Below are positions 41,176 to 54,930 of a stretch of DNA of 64,000 nt, piece by piece (positions within the stretch are counted from its first letter, which is position 1; every line of letters starts with the position of its first letter). The translations under genes and the position numbers were made by a program. Origin of the DNA: Octopus vulgaris (Eukaryota); contig OX597824.1 in the NCBI GenBank assembly GCA_951406725.2, forward strand, positions 69,874,001-69,938,000. Direction: 5' to 3'. A model generated the notes under the pieces. The model saw nothing but the letters and a program-made list of their open reading frames with translations, did not search any database and was not told where the DNA came from.

Positions 41176-42515
41176 TCATCTTTCCACTTTCCACCTTTGT
41201 CGGAGCAGTTTTTGGTGAAGGATGGAGTTCGATGATAGTGCCCTCTTTTGAGTTTCTTGCCTAGATATTGGCTCATCCGGGATCTTGGTGAGCCAGAGGT
41301 CAATTTCACGTTTGAAAACATCTACATCCACTCCATGAAGACTCCTCAGATGCTTCGGCAGACAATTAAATAGGTGTGGATCCCTGAAATCCAAGCTGTT
41401 GCAGTACATAGTCCTTGTCCGAGATGAAGCAGTCGACACAATGGAGACAGCACAGTGACGTCCTGTTCGTGATCTGGTATAGCTCTTTATTCCAGAGTTT
41501 GGCACCAGTCCTTCCAGTATCTTCTGTACATATATCACTGCATACTTTTCCCGCTTTCGTTCCAAGGAATAGAGTCGTAGCTCTTTCAATCTATCCCAGT
41601 AGCTCAGTCGTTCCATTGATGCAATTTTCTTTGTGTAATGTCGCTGGACTGCTTCAAGCTCTGCTGTCGTCCTTGTAGTATAAGGTGACCATAGCTGAGG
41701 GCAGTAGTCCAGCCGGGTGAGGATAAATGAATTCCATAGTGTCAACATAGTTTCTTGGTCCCTTGTCCGGAAAGTTCTCAGAATCCAACCGGGCAGTCTT
41801 CTGGATACTGCTACCATTTTGTTGATATGTGCGTGAAATAAAGCATTCTTGCTCATTTCTATTCCAATATCACGAACCGTATTTGATTCTAGTATCGTTG
41901 CTTCACTTCGTCCAACTTACTGATGTGATTCCTGAGCAGTGCTTAACTGGTAGAGGAGGGCCTGAAATTTACTTGCATTAAACTGCATGTTGTTATCCTC
42001 AGTCCATATATAGATGGCATGTAGATCTTTCTGCAAGAGCGTAGCATCAGAGGTTTCCTTGACTGACTGTGCGACTTTTGTGTCGTCGGCATAGCTGGTA
42101 AGCACGGCTGCCTATGTCACTGACGGCATATCTGATAGGACCACAATGAAAAGCAGTTGCCTCAGTACAGTTCCCTGGGGCACTCCACTCACTATTGGTG
42201 TTTCTGTGGAGAGAGCTCCGTTGGCTGCAACAGTTGGCTCCTGTCCTTTAGGAAATCATGCAACCACTCTCCGACTTTACCGGTGATGTCGAGTCCCCGT
42301 ATTTTGTGGCATATCATTCCATTGTCGACCTTGTCAAATGCCTTCGCAAAGTCGAGGTATACAATATCCACCTTTGAACAGTTCTTTAATTGCTTCAGTA
42401 CCCAGTCATAGTGTCGTAGAAGCTGTGTAAGACAGCTCCTTCCCGGGCGAAAGCCATGTTGGGTGTCAGAGAGCAGGTCATTGTCCTCAAGGAACTCGAT
42501 AAATCTTTTCCAGAC
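41176..42515 (-). mobile_element. CR1-group LINE RT and C-terminal region, pseudogene
   Basis: YLDFAKAFDKVD, GVPQGTVL-like, YADDTKV, GWILRTF, LDYCPQLWSP and LEAVQR..LSYWDRLKELRLYSLE. Truncated at (TC)n. Confidence 0.9.
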
Positions 42516-42634
<119 letters not shown>

Positions 42635-42687
42635 CATGTATGTATGTATATATTCATATATATACGTATATATATTTGTATATATAC

Positions 42688-42744
<57 letters not shown>

Positions 42745-42914
42745 TGTAAAAAATATATATATATACATATATGTATATATATATACGTATATACATTGCT
42801 ATGTGTGTTTGCATCAATATATATATATATATATATATATACTGCCGATACATATATACATATATATATATATATCTATACACATATACATATATACATA
42901 TGTTTATATATACA

Positions 42915-42980
<66 letters not shown>

Positions 42981-42983
<3 letters not shown>

Positions 42984-43355
42984 TTGCGTCAGAAATTAAT
43001 TAGCACTTCTCAAATTTCTACATTAAATAGGTTAAATCAATTAACCTTATGAGCTGTTCAAAACGTCTTACGCGATGAGAAAACTTAGTATGGTGTGATT
43101 TCGGTCCTTGCGAGGCGCTACCTATATCTATTAAACAAAGGAAGATTTGTCTGCATCCGCACTCCAAGTTGTTGCACTGCTATGTCAACATCATAAGGCT
43201 GTAGACTCTCAAACTGCTCTGCAAACAAAGTTACGTCATCGTTCTGCGCAACAGTGAACTCGCAACAAAGCAATAGTTCGAGATATGGCCACTAGGTGAC
43301 AGCACATACCTTGAGTGAAGAGCAAATCAAGGGTGATAATTAATTTCTGACGGTA

Positions 43356-43358
<3 letters not shown>
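42981..43358. mobile_element. Tc1/mariner-type MITE (378 bp) in (TA)n
   Basis: Left CACTTGCGTCAGAAATTAATTAGCAC; right end reverse complement CACTACCGTCAGAAATTAATTATCAC; TA on both sides. Confidence 0.85.
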
Positions 43359-43400
<42 letters not shown>

Positions 43401-43546
43401 CATATAATATATATTCATATATATTTGCATATACATATATATACATACACATATACATATATACATATGTATACATATATATATATAAGCATATATATAT
43501 ATGCACACGTACATACAAATACATGCATACACACACGCGCGCGCGT

Positions 43547-43578
<32 letters not shown>

Positions 43579-43749
43579 GAAACATTATTTTTCAGGTCAG
43601 AATGAGATGATGCTATGACTTCATGCGACAAGAAAACTCGTGCTTAATCGAGAAGACATTCAGTGTAGCGTCATGAACTCTTGCATACAAGTGATACATA
43701 TGGTGGACAACATACATACATACATACATACATACATACATACATACAT

Positions 43750-43866
<117 letters not shown>

Positions 43867-44142
43867 GACAAATTTATATGTGTGTATTCATAGTTCTACC
43901 GCTGTTGTTGTTCTTCTTCTTCCAATCAGGACTAACGCCATTAACCAGAAAGAATAATCTCTAATTCGAACCTATTCTAAGCTACTAAGAATGCGTGTGG
44001 CAACTTGAAGATCCACCCACCACACGCGATAAATAGACTGGCGGTTGCACGAGCGCCAAAACTACTTTGTTATCCTCTTTCCTAGGATCTGAAAGTTTAC
44101 CACACCTAAGCGGGCTACACCATGGTTCCTCTGCTTTGTGGC

Positions 44143-44338
44143 AGAAGTAGGAAGAAACAGTGAGAGAAAGTTGTGGGGAAAGAGTACAGCGGGGTTCACC
44201 ACCAACACCCCCGCCGGAGCCTCGTAGAGCTTAGGTGTTTTTGCTCAATAAACACTCACAATGCCCGGTCTTGGAATCGAAACCGCGTTCTTACGACCGC
44301 GAGTCCGCTGCCCTAACCACTGGGACATTGCGCCTCCA
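44143..44338 (-). mobile_element. SINE family A, 5' half
   Basis: Matches 3440-3630. Confidence 0.85.
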
Positions 44339-44371
44339 CTACCACTGTTGTTGCCTGGAGCGTTGTACCTG

Positions 44372-44560
44372 TGTGATCCGTGGAACAAGCTGCCAGACGA
44401 GATGGTGAAGATGCCGACGACCGCTTTGTTCAAAGACTCCCTTGACCTCAAGTGGCCTGAACTCTTTACATGAACACCACCCTGTACTTAACTCCATGTC
44501 CCCCTACATGGCCTTGCTATTTGCTTTTGAGCCAAATTAACTAACTAACTAACTTACTAA
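44372..44560 (+). mobile_element. CR1-type LINE extreme 3' end with (AACT)n tail
   Basis: DPWNKLPDEMV..TALFKDSLD, the typical WNxLP..FKxxLD C-terminus; short UTR and tandem-repeat tail. Confidence 0.75.
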
Positions 44561-44860
44561 CATCTCTGTATATTTTCGTGCAAGAAGCGGCAGCACTATA
44601 AAGAGTTTCAGTGTTCTTCAGCAATGAACTGCATTCATCGTATAACCAAATGGTCTGTAAATATGTTTCGCACTAAAGATAAAATCTATGTACTTGGTTT
44701 TCAGGAAACCTGCGGTGGTTTGAAATGCTATTCATTCGTTAAGTCCTTGGGTTCCATGTGAAGTATAGAACTTCGACAAGCGATTACCATGTCTCTTGAT
44801 CTTTGGCAATGAAGTGTATTTGTGACTTGGTATCTCTCTTTGCATCTATCTATCTGTCTG

Positions 44861-44986
<126 letters not shown>

Positions 44987-45068
44987 CGTCCGTCCGTCCG
45001 TCCGTCCGTCCGTCCATCCATCCATCCATCCATCCATCCATCCATCCATCCATCTATCTATCTATCTA

Positions 45069-45100
<32 letters not shown>

Positions 45101-45172
45101 CCTATCTGTGTGTGTGAGTGTTTGCGCACAAGAATATATTTGCTTGTATCTGTCTGTACCTTTCCGTGTGTT

Positions 45173-45272
<100 letters not shown>

Positions 45273-45337
45273 GTGTCGCATTACATCTGTAACTTCAACT
45301 TGGCATGGTTTCACAGCAGCTATTAATCCTGTCTGAG

Positions 45338-45394
<57 letters not shown>

Positions 45395-45453
45395 CCATCA
45401 TCATCATTATCACCATCATCATCATCGTCAGCAACGTCATCATCCTCATCCTC

Positions 45454-45500
<47 letters not shown>

Positions 45501-45798
45501 CATTATCATCATCATCATCATCATCCTTCACCATCATTGTGATCATCTTCATCACTACCACCACCACCACCACCGACTTTCACGTCTACGTCTTGATGAT
45601 CATTATAATCATCATGATCATCATCATAACCATCTTTATCATCTTCATCATTATTGTTGTCATCATCACCATCAGTATCAACAACGCCATATTCTCCCCA
45701 TCAACATTCTCATCATCTTTATTATCATCGTCGTCTTTGTCATCATCGTCATCGTAGCCGTCGTCATTGTTATTATCACCATCTCGAACACCACCGCC

Positions 45799-45832
<34 letters not shown>

Positions 45833-45959
45833 TCATCAACGTCGTCATCTTCATTATCATATCGAACTACAACCATCACCCTAACTACAACCATCACCAC
45901 CACCAATCACCACCACCTCCACCAGCATCACGTACACAACCACAACGCTCCTCATCATC

Positions 45960-46013
<54 letters not shown>

Positions 46014-46066
46014 GCCATCATCATCGTCATCGTCATCATCATCATCATCATCATCATCACCATCAC

Positions 46067-46119
<53 letters not shown>

Positions 46120-47406
46120 GCATCAGCATCGTCATCAACATCATCTCAGTGCACGGGTGTAACATCATCGCCATTAATGAAAGATGATCGTTTGATGATT
46201 TGATTGGTTGATGATTTAGAGTTTCTTTGTCTTAGATACTCTTGATTGGTCGTCCATTGTTTCCTGATGTTTTGTTTATTTTTTAATTTTGTTTATTGCT
46301 TCTTTTCTTTTTTTTACTTTTTTTTGTTTGTTTGTTTGTTGTTGTGAAGGTTGCTGTTCTTTCGAACATTACATTGATACAGTTGTTGTGTTGAATAACA
46401 ATTATTGCTGTTCTTGTTGCTGGAGTGGTTGTTATTGCAGTCGTTCTTGTTTACCTGTATGCGTGTCTGCTGTTTTGTCACGTGTTCTTTTTTTTCTTTT
46501 TGTGTGTGTGTGTGTGTGTGTGTGTTTGATGTTGTTTTATTAGCCGATGTGTGTATGTGTGTTTGGCTCCTGTTCGCTGGTATTCCTGTTGTTGTTGTTG
46601 GTTGTCATTGCGATCGTTGCTGTTGGCAGGTTAACGTGGAGGGACGAAGAAAAAAAAGAGAACCAAAGAGCAAATAACATGTCTGTCGTATGTAAAACAT
46701 CTAATCTGATTTTTCAGGAACATTGGTGAAGTTCATGTTTGCTTTCCAGTGAGTTTTTACTGACGTAAGTGACATGAAATATGAGTTGTGGCAGACTCCT
46801 TCAATTTACCGACAGCCTGCCTCATTGCTTTACATCACTTACCACAGTAAGATTGAATATATAAACATTCTTTCTATTGGCAGCAAAGGCACGAATCAGA
46901 AACAGGAGGAGCTTATAACAAAGAATCGGGCTCTGCATCTGACTCTATATAGTAAAAGAGGATGTAAACGTTGACTGGTTGCTTGCTTAATTGGTCGGTT
47001 AGTTGCTCAGGTAATTCTTTGGTTGGTTGGCTGTTTCGCTGGTTGGCTGGTTGGTTAGTTGGTTGGTCGGCTGGCTGGTTGGTTGGTTGGTTGGTTGGTT
47101 CGTTCGTTCGTTCGTTTGTTCGTTCGTTCGTCGGTGGGCTGGTTGGCTGGTTGGTTGGTTGGTTGGTTGGTTGGTTGGTTGGTTGGTTGGTTGGTTGGTT
47201 GGTTGGTTGGTTGGTTAGTTGGTTGGCTCGTTGGTTCGTTGGTTCGTTGGTTCGTTGGTTCGTTGGTTTCTCCAGTCATGCTTTTTACATCGTCTAGAGA
47301 AAGGAACTAGAAGAGAGATACAGCGTTAACACAAAAGGTTGAAGAAAAATGCTCATACTCAGCTTGGTAGCGGTGGCGGTGGTGGTGGTTGGTGAGTGTG
47401 ATGGGC

Positions 47407-47462
<56 letters not shown>

Positions 47463-47939
47463 TGTTGTTGTTGTGATGGTGGAAGTGGGGCTAGTTGTGG
47501 TGGTGGTGGCGAGTAGTAGTTGTAGTAGTTGTAGCAGCAGCAGCAGTAGCAGCAGTTGAAGTGGGCATGTGGTTGGTAATGGCACCAGTTTGTTTGCGGT
47601 AGTCTGATCGTTATCAATTGTTATAACTGAAGCCGCCGTTGTTCTTCTCAGACATCCACGTTCCACGCAGCAGACTACCTCCTGTTAGTTTATATCTAAT
47701 GACAATTATACTTCAATATCTCATCTCCCTTCTCATCCTCCTGCTTCTCCCATTTTGTATGTTTTGTCTTATCTCAACCATCGACACCCTAATATGAGTA
47801 ATGACTCACTGCTCTTTCGTTATACTTGAGTCTGGTTCTGTTCATCGTTAACACCGGCTTGGAACGTGCGCGTGCAAGATATGCATTGGGAATATATAGG
47901 TATAAATCACCATATATAAACATCATATGCATACATACA

Positions 47940-48030
<91 letters not shown>

Positions 48031-48033
48031 ATG

Positions 48034-48068
<35 letters not shown>

Positions 48069-48084
48069 CATATATTTTCTATTT

Positions 48085-48238
48085 TCTCTTCCTCTTTATT
48101 TCTGTGTTCCTTCTGTCGAAGAGCGTAGGCTCGAAACGTAAAAGACTGTCTCTCTTCCGGTACGTTAAACTAATACATCTGTTTATTGTTTACACACCCG
48201 TTGTCGTCTTTTGATTTTTTTTGGGGGGGGGATTCTCA
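48085..48238 (+). mobile_element. Second copy of the 290-437 repeat with variant hammerhead motif (48108-48145)
   Basis: UCCUU-CUGUCGA-A-GAGC-guag-GCUC-GAAA-CG-UA-AAAGA. Confidence 0.62.
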
Positions 48239-48284
48239 ATACACACACACACACACACACAGATACATATATATCTTCTTTTAC

Positions 48285-48652
48285 TTCTTTCACTTGTTTC
48301 AGTCATTTGACTGCGGCCATGCTGGAGCACCGCCTTTAGTCGAGCAAATCGACCCCAGGACTTATTCTTTGTAAGCCCAGTACTTATTCTATCGGTCTCT
48401 TTTTGCCGAACCGCTAAGTGACGGGGGACGTAAACACACCAGCATCGGTTGTCAAGCAATACTAGGGGGAAAAACACAGACGCACAAACACACACGCATA
48501 CATATATATATACATATATACGACAGGCTTCTTTCAGTTTCCGTCTACCAAATCCACTCACAAGGCATTGGTCGGCCCGGGGCTATAGCAGAAGACACTT
48601 GCCCAAGATGCCACGCAGTGGGACTGAATCCGGAACCATGTGGTTGGTTAGC
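48285..48652 (-). mobile_element. SINE family B
   Basis: Reverse complement of 38453-38870. Confidence 0.88.
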
Positions 48653-48702
48653 AATACATATGTATTCATACATACATGCAAACATACATAAATGGATACA
48701 TA

Positions 48703-48956
48703 CATATTCTGTTGTGTCTGGGGAGAGTCATTCTCTTTTAGTGCCTTATTATTTAACACACTCACCGGTAAAGTTTCCACTCATTTACTTATTTATTTTC
48801 CATAAAATTTTCGCTACGTCTTGCAACCTTGTCAATAAGTTGCAAGAGGCAACGAAAATTTTAGAAATAATATATAAATAAGTGGAAACTTTACCGGTGA
48901 GTGTGTTAAATAAGGTACCAAAAGAGAATGACTCTCCCCAGACACATCAAAATATG
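48703..48956. repeat. About 250-bp near-perfect palindrome
   Basis: tgtgtctggggagagtcattctctttt..ttaacacactcaccggtaaagtttccact mirrored by agtggaaactttaccggtgagtgtgttaa..aaaagagaatgactctccccagacaca. Confidence 0.9.
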
Positions 48957-49054
48957 CTTCAATACACAAACTCAAAAAGAACCTTGCACACCAAATCCAA
49001 ATACATACATGTGTCTGTGCGTGTGCGCGCGCGCGCGAGTGTGTGTGTGTGTTA

Positions 49055-49410
49055 ATAGAAATGTCAGATTTTCAAAGATGTCGTATTGTTGGGCAATCTG
49101 AGGCTGGTCTTAACCAGCGAAAAATTGCCGAAAATCTTCAAATTTCTCTTGCTACTGTTAATAGAATTATGGTGCAATTCAAAAGCCAAGGAAAAGAATC
49201 AACAGATTCTCATCCCGGGCGACCTGGGCCCTCGGAAAGGAAGCTTCGGTGTTAGAAGAGAAATATGGAAAACGAACCCCGTTCGAAGGCTTCTGACATT
49301 GCAAAACAGCAAGAAGTTAATCCAAGAACGTGTGTTACATATCTGCATAAGCTTGGGTATTATGGACGAGCAACTAGAAGAAAACCTCTCCGTCAACCAA
49401 TTAATATCAA
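49055..49410 (+). pseudogene. Tc1-like transposase N-terminal (HTH) fragment
   Basis: [34 protein letters not shown]; after a frameshift, LHKLGYYGRATRRKP. Confidence 0.8.
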
Positions 49411-50243
49411 ATAAAAGATTTTAAAAATTAAAGGTGTCTATTTACTTCATGCATGTCTGTGTATATATTTGTAGATCTATCCGAGTCAGCTGGAGATGGT
49501 TGCTTCTAGTAGGACCAGATGGAAAGTGTGGTTGAAAGTTCTGCTCTCACGACCCTGCAACCAGGAATAAGTATGAGAAGAAGATGAGATTATATGAGAG
49601 AATGTGTGTGTGTGTGTGTTTCCCAGAGGGGAAATGTACATGAAGGATCTGAAAGTTGAAGTAAAAAACAGTTTGACGATATATAAGCAAAATATTCACC
49701 TAAAACTTCGAAATATGATTTATCAGCAGTAAATTGACAGATGATTAGTTGCGGAAAAAGCAAAAAAGATAAATGCACCGTACATTCATCTCTTTATTGC
49801 AAGTTGTTTAACATATATATTTCAGCCTTTTACGTGAGAAAATATGTATAATTTATTTGTCATTCCTTTGGAATTAACAATAGCTGGTAGAATACTTTAA
49901 CGCTTAGGGTTAGTCCAGCATATTATAAAGCGTTGAAATCATCTCTAACAAGTTTTTATAGCGTAATTATGTATGATCATCAGCTGTAGACAAATTTGTC
50001 AGCAGTCTTAACTTTGAATGTCTCGCCGGGTATTTTCTTATAATTTAATTTTCTTTTGGCAATATAATAAAGAAATTTGTATTCTGATTTCAAATGAATT
50101 TTTTCTTTAGGTCAATGATTTTTTTTTCCGCAACAAATATTCAGTAGCGGTACTCTACAAATTTTTCCGTCTCCCTCTCCCTCCTCATTCTCCCCCCTCT
50201 CACTCTATATATATATACACACACACACACACATATATACATT

Positions 50244-50279
<36 letters not shown>

Positions 50280-50280
50280 C

Positions 50281-50367
<87 letters not shown>

Positions 50368-50476
50368 TACATAGATAACTACGTGTATATATATATGTAT
50401 ATATGTGTGTATATATATGTGTTTGAGAGAGAGAGAGTGTGTGTGTGTGTGCAAGTGTACGTGTGTATGTATCTGA

Positions 50477-50525
<49 letters not shown>

Positions 50526-50764
50526 CGGCGTGTGTCTCCTCGTTTGTTTATCAATATCGATAACGCAACAAATGATTTGAGCTCAAATGCTGGCACTTCA
50601 TTGGTTAAAATTCGAAGAATTAAACTACGTTAAACTCACAAATTACAATTTTCTCGAAAAAGCCAAGTCAAAATAATGTGTTTTTTTTGACACATTCTAC
50701 CAGTATACGAAGTTTCAAATTATTTAGTTAACTAGAAATTCCGTCCATCAGAAGGAAAAGATCA

Positions 50765-50838
<74 letters not shown>

Positions 50839-51379
50839 AATGTATATATATGTATGTATATATATATAAATAAATAAATATACAACATGAGAGAAAGAGA
50901 TGGAGGTACAAGAATATGCGTGAAAGAAATCAAAGATATACGTGAGAGGGATAGAGAGAGGAAGAACAGAGAAACATAGAGAGAGAGTAGCAGGAGGGTG
51001 TGAGTAGAGTGGGGAGAAAACAGAAAAAGAGAGAAATGACGTAAAGAGGGAAGGGGAGAAAGAAGAAAAGTAAGAAAGATTGAGGGAGAGAGATACAGAG
51101 GAAAGTGAGACAGGGTGAAAGTGGCAGGACTGCAGTTAGAAAGCATCACATTATCAGTGACATGTAAATGATAGGAAGCAGACGATAGAAGAGGAGGTAA
51201 CGTGAAGTAGGAGGAATATCAATGGGGTGGAGGGGGGAGTAGAGCTAAGATTATAGAGGAAAGTTAGGGAGTGGGTTGTAATCAGAGTCAAAGGAAGTAG
51301 AAAAGCAAATATGGATAGCATTTCTCGACTAAACGAGAAGTGAATGTGTGTGTGTATGTATGTACACGTACATACATTT

Positions 51380-51412
<33 letters not shown>

Positions 51413-51517
51413 ATATGTGACAATTATTCGGTATTACATAATATTGAGGTATCTTTCTTTCTTTTGTTATCTTACCGTTTTTACCAATACATATACATAC
51501 ATACATACATATATATA

Positions 51518-51585
<68 letters not shown>

Positions 51586-51738
51586 TAACAAAAGCATAAC
51601 CAGGCAATCCTTGTTCGTCCCCTCTTTGTAATGGCTTCATGGCAAATACTTATGAAATAAAGTCAGTTTCTAAAATGGTTATGTATATATAACATACGGA
51701 AGGAAATTGTAGATATAAGAGTTAGTATATATATATAA

Positions 51739-51801
<63 letters not shown>

Positions 51802-53108
51802 CAGTTGCGGCCAAAATGTTCAGAACGGCATTGTTTTCGTCAGAAAAGTAGGTATAAGTTTTTACCAAAGTTGTTTTATATTCTATAATTTTCACAGACA
51901 ATAAATACGATATGAATTGTTATTCTCTGAGATTTTGGTGTAATTTGAGAGGATAATACAAAACTTATGGATGATTTACTGATTTACTGCAAAGCCCATG
52001 CCGGCCAAAATGATCAGAACGGTTGAAAATATAACAAAATAATCAAAAATGACAGAGAATACTGGAATTATTTAATATTTAGTGTGAAGCCCTTTAGCTT
52101 CAATCACACTTTGACATCTTCGACTGCATGAGGAAATGAAATTTTCTATTTCTTGCTGGGTGATCTTATTCCATTCTTCCTGAAGGGCATTCCATAATTC
52201 CTCGGTTGTTTTAGGATTTCTGTCTTTCGAACGTTTTCCTAGAATATTCCACGTATTTTCAATAGGATTGAGGTCTGGGCTTTGAGCAGGCCAATCCATA
52301 ACAATAACCTTTTCAGCCTTGAGGAAGTTCATGATCACCTTAGCCTTGTGACATTGGGCATTGTCCTGCATGAATATGGGTGGTCGCTTAGTTGAATTTC
52401 TCAGCACAGGCAAGGCATGATCTTTTACAAGTTGTTTATAAACTCCTGCATTTACCTTTCCATGTAATTGCATCAAAGGGCCCCACACCATCTCCAGATA
52501 TCATCCCCCAAACCATGACACTTCCTCCACCGAATTTAACACTAGTCTTAAGGCATTTAGGCGACAATTTTTCACCTACTTTTCGACGAACGTACCTTTT
52601 CCCATCTGAGCCAAATAATATAAACTTAGATTCATCACTGAATTGCACTGTTTGCCATTTTTCTTGAGACCACAACACATGTTCGGTTGCAAAGGTAAGA
52701 TGACACTTGTTTTCTTGGAGCTGATCAGTGGCTTCACTGCAGGTGCTCTTGCTTGTAGGCCATGTTCAACTAAACGACGAGACAGTTTTTCGAGATAAAG
52801 TTTTCTTCAGTACAATGCTCATTTCCCGAGAAACAGCAGCAGCAGTTTTAAATCTGTCCTTTTTAACCAATTTTAACATAGCACGATCTTCTCTCTTGGT
52901 CATTTTCTTGGCCTACTTGTAGACTTACTTGCTTCACACGAACCACAATCATCGTAGACCTTAAGAATACCGTGAACAACACTTTTTGACTTGTTAACAA
53001 TCGTTGCAATAGACCCAATACTTAAATTATCCTTCTTTCGAAGCTTAATAATCTGCTGACGAATTGGTAACGGAGGAAGTGGCATTATATTAACAAAGTA
53101 CACTGCAG
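51802..53108 (-). mobile_element. Tc1 (DD34E) transposon with IR/DR-type right TIR, 5' TIR missing
   Basis: HTH ORF 52900-53103, FSDESKF, and QDNA..WPAQSPDLNPIE with 34 residues between D and E. Terminus CAGTTG at 51802; direct repeats at 51808-51828 and 52002-52022. Confidence 0.93.
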
Positions 53109-53604
53109 ATATTCATACTCCATACTTCTGAACCTTTCCCATCGAGTGAAGATGCTTCTCTATAGCAGTGTGGGCGCATTCCATTTTCTCTGCCAGTTCC
53201 CTTGTCGTTTGACGAGAATTTTCGTGCAAAAGTTGGTTTAATCGCTCTTCATCGAACTCAACTGGACGGCTAGAACGAGGTGCGTCTTTGAGGTCAAAAT
53301 TTCCATTTTTGAATTTGGCATACCAATCACTAGCGGTTCTTTCAGCTTTAGCACCCTCTCCATACACAGCACAAATGTCGCGAGCAGCTTTTTCAGCCTT
53401 AGAACCTTGATTAATAGCAAAAAGAAAGAGGTGTCGAAAATGCTAGTTTTTTTTAAATAAGAAATTCCATTTTAATGATCTGAAAATAAGCAAAACTTAA
53501 CTAAAATTAACCAGAAAAAAAAAAAAAAAATAGATTCCAAAATTTAAAAACGCAATAAATTCCAAAATTTAAAAATAACGGCGGGAACTTAGTTGCCAAC
53601 CCAA
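53109..53604 (-). mobile_element. Mariner 5' fragment, mellifera-subfamily-like
   Basis: TA-TTGGGTTGGCAACTAAGT TIR; HFRHLFLF..ICAVYG..WYAKFKNGNFDLKDAPRSSRP..TTRELAEK..HLHSMGKVQKYGV. Confidence 0.88.
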
Positions 53605-53924
53605 TACATACATACATACATACATACATACATACATACATACGTACACACACACACATGTATATATATATAATACGTAATTTTAATATGTTATTTTAAG
53701 ATCCAAAGACCCAGGTTCAGGAAATTAGTAAGCTTCGAGCAATCCGTAATAGGTGGAAAAAAACAACATTCTGCAACAACAATAGTTTATTGGCGTAGAA
53801 GGTTGTAGGGTTTTTTTTATTCCATGTCGATTTTTGATAAGCTGAAAAAAGTTATTTTATATTTCACGGTTAGCATCCAGGGTTGCTTTGAATGCGGATT
53901 GAGGGGATGGAACAGGTAAATTCC

Positions 53925-54192
53925 AGGCTACATATGTTTCCTAGCAATAAGAACTTTGGAAGTTATAATTACTCAACGAGGAATACTCCTCTAGCTACAC
54001 ATCACGCTGAAGGTACCTTAGTTAAATGAAGGATTTTTACTCACATCTCCTGTAAGTTAACCTAGCATTCCTTGACGACAATGAAACCTTCATTTAACTA
54101 AAGTATATTCGGCCTGATGAGTAGCAATTGAGCACCCCTCGTTGAGAAATTATTACTTCTGAGGTTCTACTAGCTGGAAACATATGTAGCCT
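53925..54192. repeat. Diverged inverted repeat with an HHR-like motif in each arm
   Basis: Arms 53925-54032 and 54087-54192. Right arm: GGC-CUGAUGA(54114-20)-G-UAGC..GCUG-GAAA-CAUAUG-UA-GCC. Confidence 0.7.
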
Positions 54193-54527
54193 ATATTTTA
54201 CATACTCTATGCCTTCAATTTCAATTTTCATTAAATTCAAATGTAATTTTTATTAAAGTGGGACATGGCAAATGGCCATGTTTTAAAAAAATGAGATGGT
54301 TTTGAAACTTTTAACACTATTACAAATAAGTAAAAGGTACAATCATATGAATACAAACAATATTTTCTTTTCTCATTAATAATTAATTATTTTCAAACAC
54401 TGAGAATGTCTTTACTCGTCTTGTGTTTTGTTATTATTTGACTCGATCACTCTGTTGTGTTGGGTGTGCTGTCGAGCCTCTCTCCAATGTATATATATTT
54501 ATATACATATATACTTATGTATGTATT

Positions 54528-54581
<54 letters not shown>

Positions 54582-54584
<3 letters not shown>

Positions 54585-54713
54585 TGTTGAATTTGGGGAT
54601 GGTCATGTTGCCAGTGTATCCAATGAAAACACACGCACTATATATAATGCGTGTGTTCTCATTGATTTTTATTGCCTAATCTGGCAACATGACCATCTGC
54701 AAATATAACAATA
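54582..54713. repeat. About 130-bp hairpin/palindrome next to TA/TG microsatellite
   Basis: gatggtcatgttgccag..caatgaaaacacacgca mirrored by tgcgtgtgttctcattg..ctggcaacatgaccatc. Confidence 0.85.
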
Positions 54714-54772
54714 AAATCGGTTTCAACGCACGAATTCACATCAAGAATCTGGCAAAACAAATGTGTGTGTGT

Positions 54773-54817
<45 letters not shown>

Positions 54818-54818
54818 C

Positions 54819-54876
<58 letters not shown>

Positions 54877-54892
54877 TTTATTTAAAGCAAAA

Positions 54893-54930
54893 CTGTCCGA
54901 CGAGCGGAAACGGGAAACTCAGAGTAACAG
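54893..54930 (+). ncRNA. Variant type-I hammerhead motif
   Basis: CUGU-CCGACGA-GCG-gaaa-CGG-GAAA-CUC-a-GAG-UA-ACAG; stems I and III pair, with a U4C core change and one stem II mismatch. Confidence 0.6.

Noticed and set aside
43287-43306. CTCF-like TGGCCACTAGGTGACAGCAC
   Set aside because: Mismatch in the core and located inside a MITE; no functional support.
47307-47685. Possible minus-strand exon (..RRTTAASVITIDNDQ..LLLL..TTTT)
   Set aside because: No polypyrimidine tract before the AG, no recognisable homology, and it runs into trinucleotide repeats.
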